Origin: Diplonema japonicum
Lineage: Eukaryota > Protista > Euglenozoa: Diplonemea
Assembly (NCBI GenBank): GCA_964019335.1
Contig: OZ025745.1
Span: forward strand, 248,001 to 312,000
Reading direction: 5' to 3'
DNA: 64,000 nucleotides
The translations under genes and the position numbers were made by a program. The notes beneath the pieces were generated by a model. The model did not search any database. It was not told where the DNA came from and saw only the letters and a list, made by a program, of their open reading frames with translations. Shown in pieces: positions 23,445 to 35,177 of this stretch; position 1 is the stretch's first letter, and every line of letters begins with the position of its first letter.

Positions 23445-26400
23445 TCAGTCAACTTCCTCCACAACCGGGTTGTTACTACAACCAGACCCAATCCTCCACG
23501 GGAAGAAATCTCTGAATTCTGTCGTTTCCGGACAAGGCAAATATGGCGACGCTTCGTGCACCAGAAGGGTTAGAAGCCTGTTCAAAACAGTTAAAGAGGG
23601 AAGGACGCTCGACGAAAACACAGTGTTACGAAGCATCGCGACATTGGACAGAAGATTGGACTCGGCGGCAGTCCTGGGTGGGTTGGGAACCAGGGGCTCT
23701 ATGTAAGTAACGATGGAACGAAGCTCAGCAGCTTTCTTCACGGGCCACACCCCGACGGGGGGATCCTCCCGCTCGGCAGCTTTGCACATCTCATCGATTT
23801 CCGACTGAGAAAGATCACTCTCACTAACATTAATTTTCTTGCTTCGGACCCCATCACCAGAACATGAAATTGTCATAGAATCATCAAAGTTGGTCTCGAC
23901 CTCAACATGAATCACCACAATATGTTTTTTCGCCACATCGACACGGATATTAGCAAGAAGTGAGTTATTCTTCGTGTAAAAACTCTCACCGGCGAAGAAG
24001 CTGAGTGTTACATGGTCGCAGAATTCTTCCGTTGTACACACATCGATGCTTTTCTTGGTTGGGACTGTTGTGTTTCGCTTCACAACCGGAAATGAGTAGA
24101 GGTTCATGTTGCTCTCGCACGATACCCCCGCCACCTCGCGTACCTTTGGTATTGTTGTTACCAATGTGTGGCTGTCATCAATGTCTCCCTTAACAGCACG
24201 CTCATTAGGTGATAAAACCCCTGATACTGTGTTTCCCTCATATACATCCTCCACAGAGAATTCTTCCCCACCTTTTTGCCCTGATACGTATCCCGGAGGC
24301 GGACGGAATGCCTTTAACCAAACATGCATAGTTGGTAGCTTTCCCGTCTTATCGTACAAATGGGATTTTCTGGCGTATGGTTCTACCGTGTCCACCCACG
24401 ACCCGAATCCTGTGCACGTAACCGGCGGGCGTATCACTTGTTCCAGCTTTTTTATTTCCTTGTCGATGCCTTGTACCTCCGGGTACATTTTTTTCAGATC
24501 GTTCAAGATGACAATTGCCATGGCATACGACACCTGTTGTGTCTCGGCTTGCGCATTATGCTCACGAGCGTATGTGACAGCAAGTAGAATTACGCTTGAC
24601 GAGAGGGATTGATAGCCATCTATGGTAGAGGTAGTCGATGATGGGTTAGCTACTGTGATGCCGGAGAGGAGGTTGGCGTTGCTGGCACGATACAGATACT
24701 CCGCAGAATCGGTTTGTTCCAATCCCACTGTGACACTGCCTTGTTCGACCTTGGACATGTCGATGGAGGTGTACCCTCCGCAAACCTCTGTCAAGTCGTT
24801 GATGTGGTGCAATGTGTAGTAAGCAGGTACATTTGACAGAACCACTGTTCTTGATCTACAACATGCAGCGGGTGGCTGGGACGAACCGACGCTGATCGTC
24901 AGCGGCGTTACGTCCAGCAACAGGACGTCCGCTGATGCTTTCTTAGACCTTTTGCCTATTTTGCAAGAATATCCAGCTTGTTTAATCGTTGGTTCTTCTC
25001 TCGCACTGTGTGTTTTAAGAGTTTAAATGTGGAGGGGAGGGGGGGGGGGGGGGGGGGACATACATTTTCTTCTTTCGTTTTGCCTTTAGTTGGTTTAAAC
25101 AGGTATTCTTTTCGTAGCGATGCGATTCTTTTTGGAATGAACAGCTCTCTTGTTTTTCCTCAACCACTAGTTCGTCCAAGTAGTCGCAGAAACCTTCGTT
25201 TTCGTCGGCGCGAGCTTTGGCGGACCCGCGCGAAGAAGCGCGTGCTGTCTTGCTATTAAGGTTTTCATCGATCCCAAGAAGACATTTTTCTTCCTCCTCG
25301 TCACCCCACCCCCCCGAGAACATGTCGGCATCTTCGTCTGAGCCTTCACTTTCATCGTCGTCTTCATCATTGCTATCGCTATCGCTGGAACTATCGGTTT
25401 CATTTTCGCAAACCACTTGGGCCTTGCCGCTGATGAACCCGAGAGTTTCTTCTACCTTCGGTCGCTTCTTCAGAGAAGAGAGACGCTGCATCATGGGAAT
25501 TGTCCTGTTTCCTCCCCTCCCACCCTTGCCTCCCCGGCGTGTTCCAGTGACCATACACTTCTCCTTCTCACCTCGAGGAGCAGAGACCCTCTCTCTCTCA
25601 TCACAATCTTCATCCCTTGAAGGAACTAGCGATGAAGAGACTCGCCGCCTCTCAAGACGAGATTCATTCGTTTGTTTCACTCGTTGCCTAATCTTCTCTG
25701 AAACAGGTGATGAAGCAGGCGCAGGGCATGGTGCCGGAGGCGGCCCTCCAAAAGAAGCGTATATTTCATTCGATGGTGCACAAGGTGGCGCACCACCTGG
25801 AGCTGGAGCTGGGGCTGCAGGAGACGGCCGGCATGGTGCCGGAAGCGGCTCACCACCACCACCACCACTTCTTCGCGACGAACGTGGTGGACCAACTGAA
25901 GGTGGAGGAGGCGGCGGAGGACCTGCGGTAATTCGTGAGAGTGGTGTTGAGCAGAACTTTGAGAGAGTCGAACAGTCGAAATTGTCCAAACCAGCCAGCT
26001 TTTTTTTCTTGTTGGGGATGAGCTTGGCCCCAAAAAAGATTTTATCAATGCTGCCAGCTACCGCAGACACAGTTACAGCCGCGCTTTCGCTTTTATCGTG
26101 TACCTGTACTTCATGTTCACCCGAGTCCAGCTTTTTTTTCCTCTTGGTTTTACGTTTCTTTTTCGAAGCCGCGGTCTGTTCATTCGTCTCGGTGTTGTTG
26201 AAGCCGGTTTGCAGCCTTCTGAGCAACTGCCGTTCTTCCTCCTGTTCATTCAGGATTTCTTGGGTGCTCTTGAAGACCTGCTCTGGGAGGACATCAACAT
26301 GCTCCTTGCCGGCAACTTCTGCGAGGCCCGGTGTCGTGTTTGCCACTGATCCTGTTTTTTCAGCCTCGCTCCTCTCCTCCACTGCGAGCATCGAGGTGAA

Positions 26401-29400
26401 TTTCGTGACAAGGTTGTACTTGATACCGATGTCGACGATATGCGGTTTCATGGCTTGCTTCCTTTGCTCATTGACAACGGGGTTTGGGTGGTACATCCCG
26501 TCCTCCCAGTCTCTGATCACATTCCTTGCACACAGTTTGTGTATGATGCTGCCCGACACGTAGTGCGACGGCCACGGTGTTACCAGGAAACGCTCTTCGG
26601 GTATTTCGTCAGCGTACCCTACAGGCTCGACACCTGGCCCTGTTCTGATAGCCTTCATCTCTGCACGGCGTGGGGTCTTGTCGCAGAACGAGTACACGAC
26701 GGACCGCTCCCCACAGTATAAACCTGCTATGTGCTGGGGTGCTTGCACCACGGTCTTGTCAAAGGCTTCCTTAAGAGCGGGAGACACCTCACCAGACCAG
26801 TCCACTGTGGCCTGAGACATTACGCCTTGGCCTGCTCGCCAAATTTGTTTCTTCAGCTTCGAAACCCATTTCGATTTCGCATCGGGACCCAGTACCTCGG
26901 CCATACCGTTCCCCGCATGGGCCAAGGCCCGCAAAGTGTGTGTGCACATGGAACTGCCAACACCCACTGTGAACAGCCGAGTGTGGTGCTGAGATCTCAT
27001 GATTGCAATGCTGCTTTGTAACTGGCTGCCGAGCTGGCCGTCTGTGAACATGATAATGTTGACATTCTCCTTGCGAAGGGCCGTCACAGAACTCACGAGA
27101 TTTTCGACGTTAGTGCCGCCACGGCAGGGGGCAAGAATCGACACAGCCTGCAGGGCACGCTCAAGGTTAGAAGGTGTCATTGGGAGGCTACGAGGAAACA
27201 CCGGGGCGTGGTTGTTGCCGAAGGGCAACACGTTGAAGAGAGTCTTCTGAGGGATTTCACGGAGCGTCTCGTGCACTGCAGTGATGGCGTCGTTCATGGC
27301 GCCGCCCTGCTGCATGCTGAACGAGCAATCCACCGCAAGAAGCAACTCCATGCCGCTCTTAACCACATGATTTTCAAACTCAGGGAAAAAACAGATCATC
27401 CCCGCTTGCGTCCCCGAACCGTCGTTCTCTACCCACATCCTGGGCACAGTGAGGTCGGAGATGAACACTTCCAACACAAAGTCCTCCCTGCCCGCATCAA
27501 CACCAGGTGCCAACTTGACAGTCGCATGTTGTTGAGACCGCTTTTGAAGGACCTCGTGGCTGGTGACGAGCTTTGTAATATCCCATGGCATCGCAACACC
27601 GATCTCAATGTCGGTCCCTGTAGGGTTAAAGGCAACGTGGCTGTCACCACCGACAACAGGCCCTTCTGAAAGAGCTGCCATACGCGAGGCAGGGTGAACT
27701 TTAGAAGGTAACACCCACCTGATGCACCCTTGCGCGGCGTCGACTTCAAGCTCAGTTACGTAAGTGATCTTGATGACAACGTCAGACTTCGGGGGCAGGT
27801 TGCCCACAGAGACTGTGAAGACGTCAGGTGTTTCTGACTCGTCAAGGAGATATGCGCCCTTCCCGGCTGCGACGGCTTTGGTGTATTCCCGTTTGGCTTG
27901 TTCCTTTTCTTTGGTGATGCCGACGAGATGCTTGTCGTTGATGAAGGCTTCGAACCCGCACACCGCAGCACCGCCCTGCAATGGAAACACGTACTTCGCC
28001 TCAATGGTGTACGAGGAGGCGTTCCGGTAGTGTTGCATCACAACAACCTCACCAATTGTGTCGAGAAGCTTGCCCTTCACGTGCGTCGCCTTGAGCGGGA
28101 CCGCAACACCGTCGCTCACCAACCCGATCTTCACGTCTTTAATCGCCGGGGCTAACGGGGTTAAATCCTGCGGAACAACGTTGAACGGCTCTGTGTTTTC
28201 AGACACAAATTTACCTCGGGGTGGGAGGGGCGGCGGGATCTTACGGTCGCACTTAATCCGGACAAGATACGAAAGAGCCTGCTGAGTGGTTCTGTACACA
28301 CAGTACTCATCGTCAACGAAGCTGGAAGGGCTGCCAGGGTGGTGCTTCCTACCGTGCACACAGTCGAACCCTTCAGGCGCCTCAGTGGCATCGCACATAA
28401 TCTGCGTTGTGTCGGCGACCCTTCCGGTGGCAACATCACACACCAAGACGTAGCAGTACCCGTTGTAGCTGTCGGCGTACTTCAAAGCCGTGTCGATGCT
28501 GTCCGTGAAGTACAAGCCCTTTCCGAGCATTCCCTTGTCGCGTCTTTTTCTTTGGTATTTGGGAAGCCGGAGGCCGCGGGATAGAATTCCCGGTATGTTA
28601 CCGGCAGGCGAGGCGTGGAGGAGGAGCGAAGACGGTGTGATGGGCTCCTTGTTGTTGACCTCGGCGTCCTTTCGAAGAGAGAAGATCGACTCGATTTCAA
28701 TGTCCCTCGCCGTCCCTCTGCGGATCATTGCTGCAATGTCTTTGAAACGACCCTCCTTGACTTCGTCCATCTGGCAAGACAAGGACGCGTACTGCCAGGA
28801 AGTTCCCGCGTCATATATGTTCCCCCCGACAAACTCCCCTACAGACAGCATGTCTCGAAGGATGTCGAGAAGGTCCTGCTGTTCGGAGATGTCGGCAGTG
28901 CATGTGATGGAAACCTTGCCCTTCAGTTTGCTTACATATTTAGAGAGCTCTGGGATGGCGGTGAGGTCTTGGTTGTCGAACTCGGTTTTTTGAGCGATCG
29001 TTGCCAACAAACACTCCGCATCTTCGACATCTTGAAGAGACATCCCGTGCGCAATGTCGTGCGGGTTAAGACCAGCTTGTTGTACTTTGGTCCATCCCGC
29101 TTTGAACATGTGATCGACAACGGTTTCAAGTGATTGGTTTTGGATATTCGGGACGGTGGTGTTCAAGGGAGCGGAAGAAAGCCCGACCTTGGACCCGATG
29201 TTTTTGCATGACGACGACGATCGTGAGTAGTTCTCTTGCTCGGCGAGTTGGTGCAGGTACTCGAAGAGCTTTTCAGCGTTCTCCACATTATCCGTCACCG
29301 CCACCTTCGACACAGTTTCGTTGCAAAACAACACTTTATACGCAACAGCCTGCGATGCGTTTGTCACACACACAGCGTGCAGTTCTATCACAATTTCTTC

Positions 29401-29913
29401 TTTGTTTCTCGCGTACACAGTACGGTACACGACAGTATATAATGTAGAGGGTTCGACCCAAGCTGTCCAGGAAGGATGGGTTGGGTCCGGCCATGCGTCT
29501 TGTCCGGGTTTATCGCCGATGGCTTCCCACCATCTTTCTGGTTCTTCGTGTTCAATTGGTACGAGTCCTTGCGTGGCGCCGTGTGGTGTTGCAATTGTGT
29601 AGTCTGATAGATCTGGTTGGGCTGCGGGGTTGTCGGCCCATGTTTTCAGGTATTCCTCTGTTACAACGGGAACGCCTAGTGCGACGGCTTTCTTCAGCGC
29701 GTAGCTCCCTTCCCACTCGTCTTTCCCGCAGCGCCGTGTCACGACCGCGTGGGTCTTCGCGTTTACAAAACTGCTCCCCTTCGCCCCGACCGATTTTAGC
29801 ATTGTGAGTATCTCCTTTTTCTTGCTGTACCCCACGGGATCGCTCACCAAGGGCGTCCCGAGCTCCCAGACAATGTGGGTGTCAACAGGAAGTGCCTCCA
29901 TTGGACGGGGCAT
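23445..29913 (-). CDS. PARP4: PARP4 (vault PARP)-like protein fused to Hsp70 linker, RRM, Hsp70 substrate-binding domain and EEVD; 2 exons, about 2136 aa
   Basis: BRCT-like N-terminus; PARP H-Y-E motifs (LLLHAS, GKGLYF, DDEYCVY); VIT (IEAKYVFPL, SVGNLPP); vWA MIDAS (VDCSFSM, FTDG). Phase-2 intron 25006-25063 (AT|GTATGT...CACAG|T) joins it in frame to DVLLLDVTPL, VVKRNTTVPTKKS, LSQSEIDEM and PVVEEVD*. Confidence 0.85.
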
Positions 29914-30158
29914 TTTTTTTTTCTTCTTTCTCCTTTCTTTTTTTTTCTTTTTTCTCTTGGTCTTTCTTCTTGTGTATCCCCTTTATAAAGATGTGCAGTG
30001 GGGGGCAAAAAAAAACGTAGAAAGAAAAATAATAATAATAAAAAGGGGTGCGTGTACCGAGGCATTTTTTTTTTTTTTTTTTCCCCAAAAAATAAAAAAC
30101 TGTTTGTAACTAACAGAAATTGAAGGGAGGGGTGGGGGGGGGGGGGGGGGGGGGGTAC

Positions 30159-30497
30159 TTAAGGCGGGGACTGTTGGCTGGCTAATACAACAGATACAGC
30201 GGTGCAGCCAGCAATCCCACCGACGGAGGTCCCAAGGGCAGGTAACGCGTCAGCTGCAGAAGCAGCTGTAATGGCGCCACATGCACAGCCTGAGACGCAC
30301 CCTATGCAAGAGGGGTACAGCGCTAAATTTGCAGGAGTGCAATTCGCCCCTTTCCGGATCTGTAGGTCGGTATCTGGTTCATCTTCACCCTGCGTCAAGA
30401 GGGATATGCCGACCATGGAGACCGCTATGGCCACCCCACCTGTTGCACCAGCTACCCCCCCGTACACGGCTGCTGGAATCCATACTGGTATCCCCAT
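30159..30497 (-). CDS. Small Gly/Ala/Cys-rich hydrophobic membrane protein, unknown function
   Basis: 112-aa ORF with ATG start, coding-like composition between homopolymer spacers, 2-3 hydrophobic segments. Confidence 0.65.
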   Translation of the reverse strand: MGIPVWIPAAVYGGVAGATGGVAIAVSMVGISLLTQGEDEPDTDLQIRKGANCTPANLALYPSCIGCVSGCACGAITAASAADALPALGTSVGGIAGCTAVSVVLASQQSPP

Positions 30498-30730
30498 TGT
30501 GTTGTTTAAGTGTGCATTCTTTTTTTTTTTAAATCCTTTTTTTTAATTCCCTTTATTGTGTCATTTATTCTCCCCAGGAAAAAAAAGAAAGAATAAGAAT
30601 GCTCACTGGGAGATATGGTTAGACCAGGAAGAAAAAGGCGAGAGGGAGAAAAAAAAAAAAGATCGACATGGTATTCATGGCAATTTTTTTTTTTTTTTTT
30701 TGGATGAGCGCAAAAACGCATACCACGAAT

Positions 30731-30774
<44 letters not shown>

Positions 30775-30809
30775 CCCCCTTCAAAAAAAAACTGAGGATG
30801 CAAGAAGAA

Positions 30810-31700
30810 TCACAGGCTTCCAGTGGTTTTCTTTTTTGCATCCCCACGTGCGTCGTTATCTTGCGACTCGCATTTCCGCTTCTCCTCCCTGGCAACGGCC
30901 CGCTTCTCAAAACGGGAGAGAGAGAGATACTGAGATGCCCCCGCAGCATGGCGCAGCGTTGGGGTCTTTTTCTTGAGCCAATCAGTCCCAACCGCTTTCT
31001 GAGACATGGCATACATATCCCCGTGCGCTAAGGATAGGCAAATCGGCGGCCCAATGGGAAGGGAATTTTGAAACCACTGGTATTGAAGAGGAATGGGTGT
31101 TCCCAGTCTGGCTGCGATGACGATACGCCGCTCCGCGTCACCGTGGTAACCAATGCCGCAGTCCTTTTCGAAATAATAATTGCCCTCTGCCAAAAGCGCG
31201 TTAGCCTTGGATCCAAACAGTGCAGAAAGGCCGTCTCTGATCTTCCTCGTGCAGGGCACAGAGGTGAAAGACACAACTCGCCCCTTGCCTGATTCAATAT
31301 CAGGGTCTTGTGGTGTGTCAGCAAAGCATAGATTGTACCGAGCTCTTTTGTTGACCACCTTGCCTCTCATGAGGGCTTTCTTATCAACGTCGAGGCTTGC
31401 TTGTTCGTGGAGCATAGAGCGGGCGCCGTTCTCCCCTACAAAATAGGAAACGCCATTACGGATTACCAGAACGCAAGCGTCCTCCGCCTCGACTTCTAGG
31501 TCTTTGTTCAAATCGATGATTTCGCAGCTGACGTTGTGTTGTTGCAGTCGTTCCTTTGCTCTTTCGAGGTCCTCGCGGGTCAGGCCTTCCTCTGCCATCT
31601 CGCCCAGCTTCTGCATCCGGACGTGGTTCTCCGCAACGTCTCCGAAGGTGACGGAGATGGAACCGCACTTCAACGTGGAGTACAGGTTTGCGCTGGGCAT
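30810..31700 (-). CDS. AlkB-like 2OG-Fe(II) dioxygenase
   Basis: NYY...GIGYHGDAE (HxD), LAHGDMYAM and LRHAAG; N-terminal VTFGDVAENH and VVNKRARYNLCF. An alternative in-frame ATG lies at 31745. Confidence 0.82.
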   Translation of the reverse strand: MPSANLYSTLKCGSISVTFGDVAENHVRMQKLGEMAEEGLTREDLERAKERLQQHNVSCEIIDLNKDLEVEAEDACVLVIRNGVSYFVGENGARSMLHEQASLDVDKKALMRGKVVNKRARYNLCFADTPQDPDIESGKGRVVSFTSVPCTRKIRDGLSALFGSKANALLAEGNYYFEKDCGIGYHGDAERRIVIAARLGTPIPLQYQWFQNSLPIGPPICLSLAHGDMYAMSQKAVGTDWLKKKTPTLRHAAGASQYLSLSRFEKRAVAREEKRKCESQDNDARGDAKKKTTGSL

Positions 31701-31880
31701 CTTTATTTGTTTTGGGGAGGCCCTTAAAAGCCGGGAGAAAAACATCAAACAGTGGGGGGGGAAACACCTTTAAAAAAAGAAAAATGAAAGAATAGTGAAC
31801 AAAAATCATTTTTGCATCTTGAAGTGTCAAAAAAAAAAAAGAATCCGGGGTAAGTAGGAAGAAATTTGGCAACGCCAAAT

Positions 31881-31917
<37 letters not shown>

Positions 31918-31925
31918 CTTCTCTC

Positions 31926-34043
31926 TCACGTGTTCAGCACCACAGCCAACCCGCCATGATCGGATAAATTCACAACTTTCCTCTCATGCGGTCTGGAGAT
32001 CAGAACTGTGTCGGTGCCCATTGTGAGGGTCCTCGACCTCCTCTGTCCCACGGGAGCAAGGTAGGGAGACGAAGTGGCGCCTTTCCAAGACGGGGGGAAA
32101 GGGGAATACCCTAAACACGGCACGGAAGTACCGTTCAAACAAGGGATAACCTGCAACGGGGTACGCGATACAGCACCCGCTGTGCTACGAGTAGGTGTGA
32201 TATAGAGCCTTTCATGTGTTGTAACACCCTTTGCCGTTCCTCTCCTAAGCACGCATGAAGCATTCTTTAACCTGCGCTGTATGCTTCGCAAAGAGGACCC
32301 AGGGGACTCTAAATCAAAACCGGTACACAGTTCAGAATATGCCCCTCGCATACTATGGTACAAATCCATTTCCTCTCTGAAGATTTTTTGTTTACTGGCC
32401 ATTGATTGCATGATGGGTTTCCAGTGATGTCTGGTAATCCACCCCTTCCAAGTCTTTTGTATTAACACAACTGCCTCCGTGACCACCGCAATCTTTCGAA
32501 TCAGTTCGGAGCAGCGTTTCCTCGCGAGGTGGCCTCTCCAAACCCGCTGCATAGTACAGGGGGCGTTTCTTTTAACCATCTCTCTTCGTGCTTTTTGAAA
32601 CCTGATTTTTGCGAGCAGCACCCTTATAGCGTGTTGGATAGTCAGGATCTCCCGGAGTACTGGGGTGTATATTTGAACTGTTTGTATAGTGGTCAGCCGG
32701 CGGTAGTGTTTCCCCCTGTATCTTCTTGTTTTGAGTTGTCTCTTCGCCGAGATACCCTTGAAGAAGTTGATGATGACGTTTGCAGCGTAGTTCGTGACTT
32801 TCCCGCAGAGCATTTCAAACAGAATCCGTTTCGCCTGAACGATTTTGTAAAAGCCCTGAAGGACCCGAGCATGGCCGTCGAGCACTGCACGGTTTCGCAG
32901 TCTGACCGCTTTTCTTCTGGCAAGAAACCCCCTTACGCACCTTTGAACAGACACAATCTGGCACATGTAATCGGTACTAACCCGACTCGTGTACCCACGA
33001 TAGCACCGTTGTATATTGATGGCAGGAATGTGTTTTTCTCGAACCTCTTTTTTAAAACGGTTTCTCTCGACGAAGCCCTTGTAAATACGTTGGATATCGA
33101 TGGAAGCCATGGGGCTTAAAAGATTCGTGTAAAGTGCTCTGCGTGATAAGGTCTCTTCGAGTTCAATTGCATCGCTGCAAATCGCCGGTTTCGGGAGCAA
33201 ATCGAAGTTCTTGGTGGCGAGGAGATAAGTTTCGAGAGGGGCGGATATTTCTTCCAAAACGTTTCGAGCTTTTGCGGCGGTGATGAGATCAACAGCGTTG
33301 AAAGCAAGCCGCGATGCGTTAAACACCGGAACGATGCATTTTCTAAAATACAGCACCACGTCCGATACCACAACCGAATCCGTTGTTAAATATCGCAACA
33401 CGGCAGGATGCGGTGGAACGTCCGTCAGATCAGGGTCCAACAATAATATTTTTTCAATGCTCTCCGAGAAATTTTTTGAGGGGTCCGGTGAGATTATTGC
33501 GGCCAACGCCACCATCAACCCATGAACGGAAGAATGTGCCGCATCCTCGTCTTCAACGGCCTCACAAAGGCTTGAGAACAGGGTGTCGCGTATACCAGGG
33601 ATGATGTAAGGATTTGACTGAACCTCGGTCAGGAGAAATTTTAATAATGCGGAGAGTGCGTCGGTGTCCTTCATGCAAGCATGGAAAACTTGCAGGGTTT
33701 CACTTTGGTTTGGTAACGCCATCCCGCCTTTCCCTCCGGATATTAATATTCTCAACGCATCATGTGTGGTATTTTGGTCTTGGTTTTTCACGCCGGCTAC
33801 TAATAGGTTCCAAGCGCCCTGCACCCAGCCTTCGCGGAATAATTTTTTGGTGATGGTGTCTATGTCTACGGTGCCACGGTGTTTTATCAAGTACTCCTTT
33901 GCCGTTTTTTCAAACCTCGATTGCAGGAACAATTCTGCAAGAGCTTCGCCTTCCATTTCGCTAAGCATCTCGATCGCTTCGCTCACCACACATTCCGTGC
34001 TTGGCGAGCCCCCTAGAGCATCCACCTGTTCTACTCCTGCCAT
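31926..34043 (-). CDS. IQ calmodulin-binding motif repeat protein
   Basis: IQRIYKGF, IQRCYRGY, VQRCVRGFLAR, MQRVWRGHLAR and IQKTWKGW; start MAGVEQ at 34043. Confidence 0.82.
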   Translation of the reverse strand: MAGVEQVDALGGSPSTECVVSEAIEMLSEMEGEALAELFLQSRFEKTAKEYLIKHRGTVDIDTITKKLFREGWVQGAWNLLVAGVKNQDQNTTHDALRILISGGKGGMALPNQSETLQVFHACMKDTDALSALLKFLLTEVQSNPYIIPGIRDTLFSSLCEAVEDEDAAHSSVHGLMVALAAIISPDPSKNFSESIEKILLLDPDLTDVPPHPAVLRYLTTDSVVVSDVVLYFRKCIVPVFNASRLAFNAVDLITAAKARNVLEEISAPLETYLLATKNFDLLPKPAICSDAIELEETLSRRALYTNLLSPMASIDIQRIYKGFVERNRFKKEVREKHIPAINIQRCYRGYTSRVSTDYMCQIVSVQRCVRGFLARRKAVRLRNRAVLDGHARVLQGFYKIVQAKRILFEMLCGKVTNYAANVIINFFKGISAKRQLKTRRYRGKHYRRLTTIQTVQIYTPVLREILTIQHAIRVLLAKIRFQKARREMVKRNAPCTMQRVWRGHLARKRCSELIRKIAVVTEAVVLIQKTWKGWITRHHWKPIMQSMASKQKIFREEMDLYHSMRGAYSELCTGFDLESPGSSLRSIQRRLKNASCVLRRGTAKGVTTHERLYITPTRSTAGAVSRTPLQVIPCLNGTSVPCLGYSPFPPSWKGATSSPYLAPVGQRRSRTLTMGTDTVLISRPHERKVVNLSDHGGLAVVLNT

Positions 34044-34559
34044 ATTACCTTGTAGAAAAACATGAGATACAAAAAGAGAAAAGAAAAAGAGGAAAAAAAA
34101 AAAAAAAAGAATAGGAGGAGAAGGCACGTTAGAAGGTGGGGGAGGATAATACGAGGAATAGGGATGTAAAGAGGAAAAAGAAAAAAAGGGGGGGGAAAGG
34201 TTGCCTTCTTTATAGATGAGGGGGGTGGTGGGGGGGGTGAGAAAAAAAGGGGAGGAGGAAGTTGAGGAGAGAGAGAGAAAAGATTTTTTTTTTATAATTT
34301 ACCGCTTACGTTCGTTTACAAAGGGTTGAAAAAAAAGATTCTCTTTTTTTTGGGGGGGTCTCGAGTTGGGGAGGGGGGAAAATCCCATGACCAGCGACAT
34401 TTCTGTTTTATCAAAAAACGGAAAGTTTTTCTGGCTCAAGTCGTTCAGTCTTCTTAGGGAAAAAAAAAAGGAAAAAAAAATGGCAGCTGCATGGAAGGAA
34501 GTAACTATCATTCGCGCGTGCCTGGGTAAAAAAAACCTGGAGAAGTTTATATATCACCC

Positions 34560-34607
<48 letters not shown>

Positions 34608-34660
34608 ATGCTGACCAAGCATCCAGCATTCCCTTTAGTTTAAACAAGTCAAAAGACTCG

Positions 34661-34692
<32 letters not shown>

Positions 34693-35138
34693 TAATACTA
34701 TCGGAACAGAAGTTAACGGTGAAACAAAAAAAGGAGAATAAAAAATGGGGGGGGTGGGGGAAATAAGAAGAGAAGAGAAGAAGAAAAAAAAAGGAGCCCA
34801 TCTACTACATTGTTCCCTTACAACAATAGTTCTAGTTGTGAAAGATGCAACAAGGCAAAATAAAAAAATAGAGGGGGGGTCTAACAGGAATAAATGAAAA
34901 GAGAAAAAGAAAAATTCACTATGATAGGAACGAAGTGGCTAGCAACGGCCCGCAGAAAAAAAAAGAGGGGGAAGGTGCTTGAGGTCGATCTACTGACTTA
35001 GCTACCACGGTTTTCAGGAAAAAAAAAGGAACTGGCCGTTGTTTTTACGTGCCGGGCAAAACTTAGAGAAGTTTGTATACCCATAATACGTTATCAATGC
35101 CCCCCTTTTGTTTAAACAAGCCAAAGACTCGTTCTTTG

Positions 35139-35177
<39 letters not shown>

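Noticed and set aside
23445-24920. Stand-alone Hsp70 gene or pseudogene
   Set aside because: No ATPase domain, no suitable ATG or acceptor tract; better explained as exon 2 of the PARP gene.
25217-26563. Long plus-strand ORFs (also 712-1386 and 41904-43154)
   Set aside because: Antisense shadows of GC-rich minus-strand genes with no recognisable motifs.
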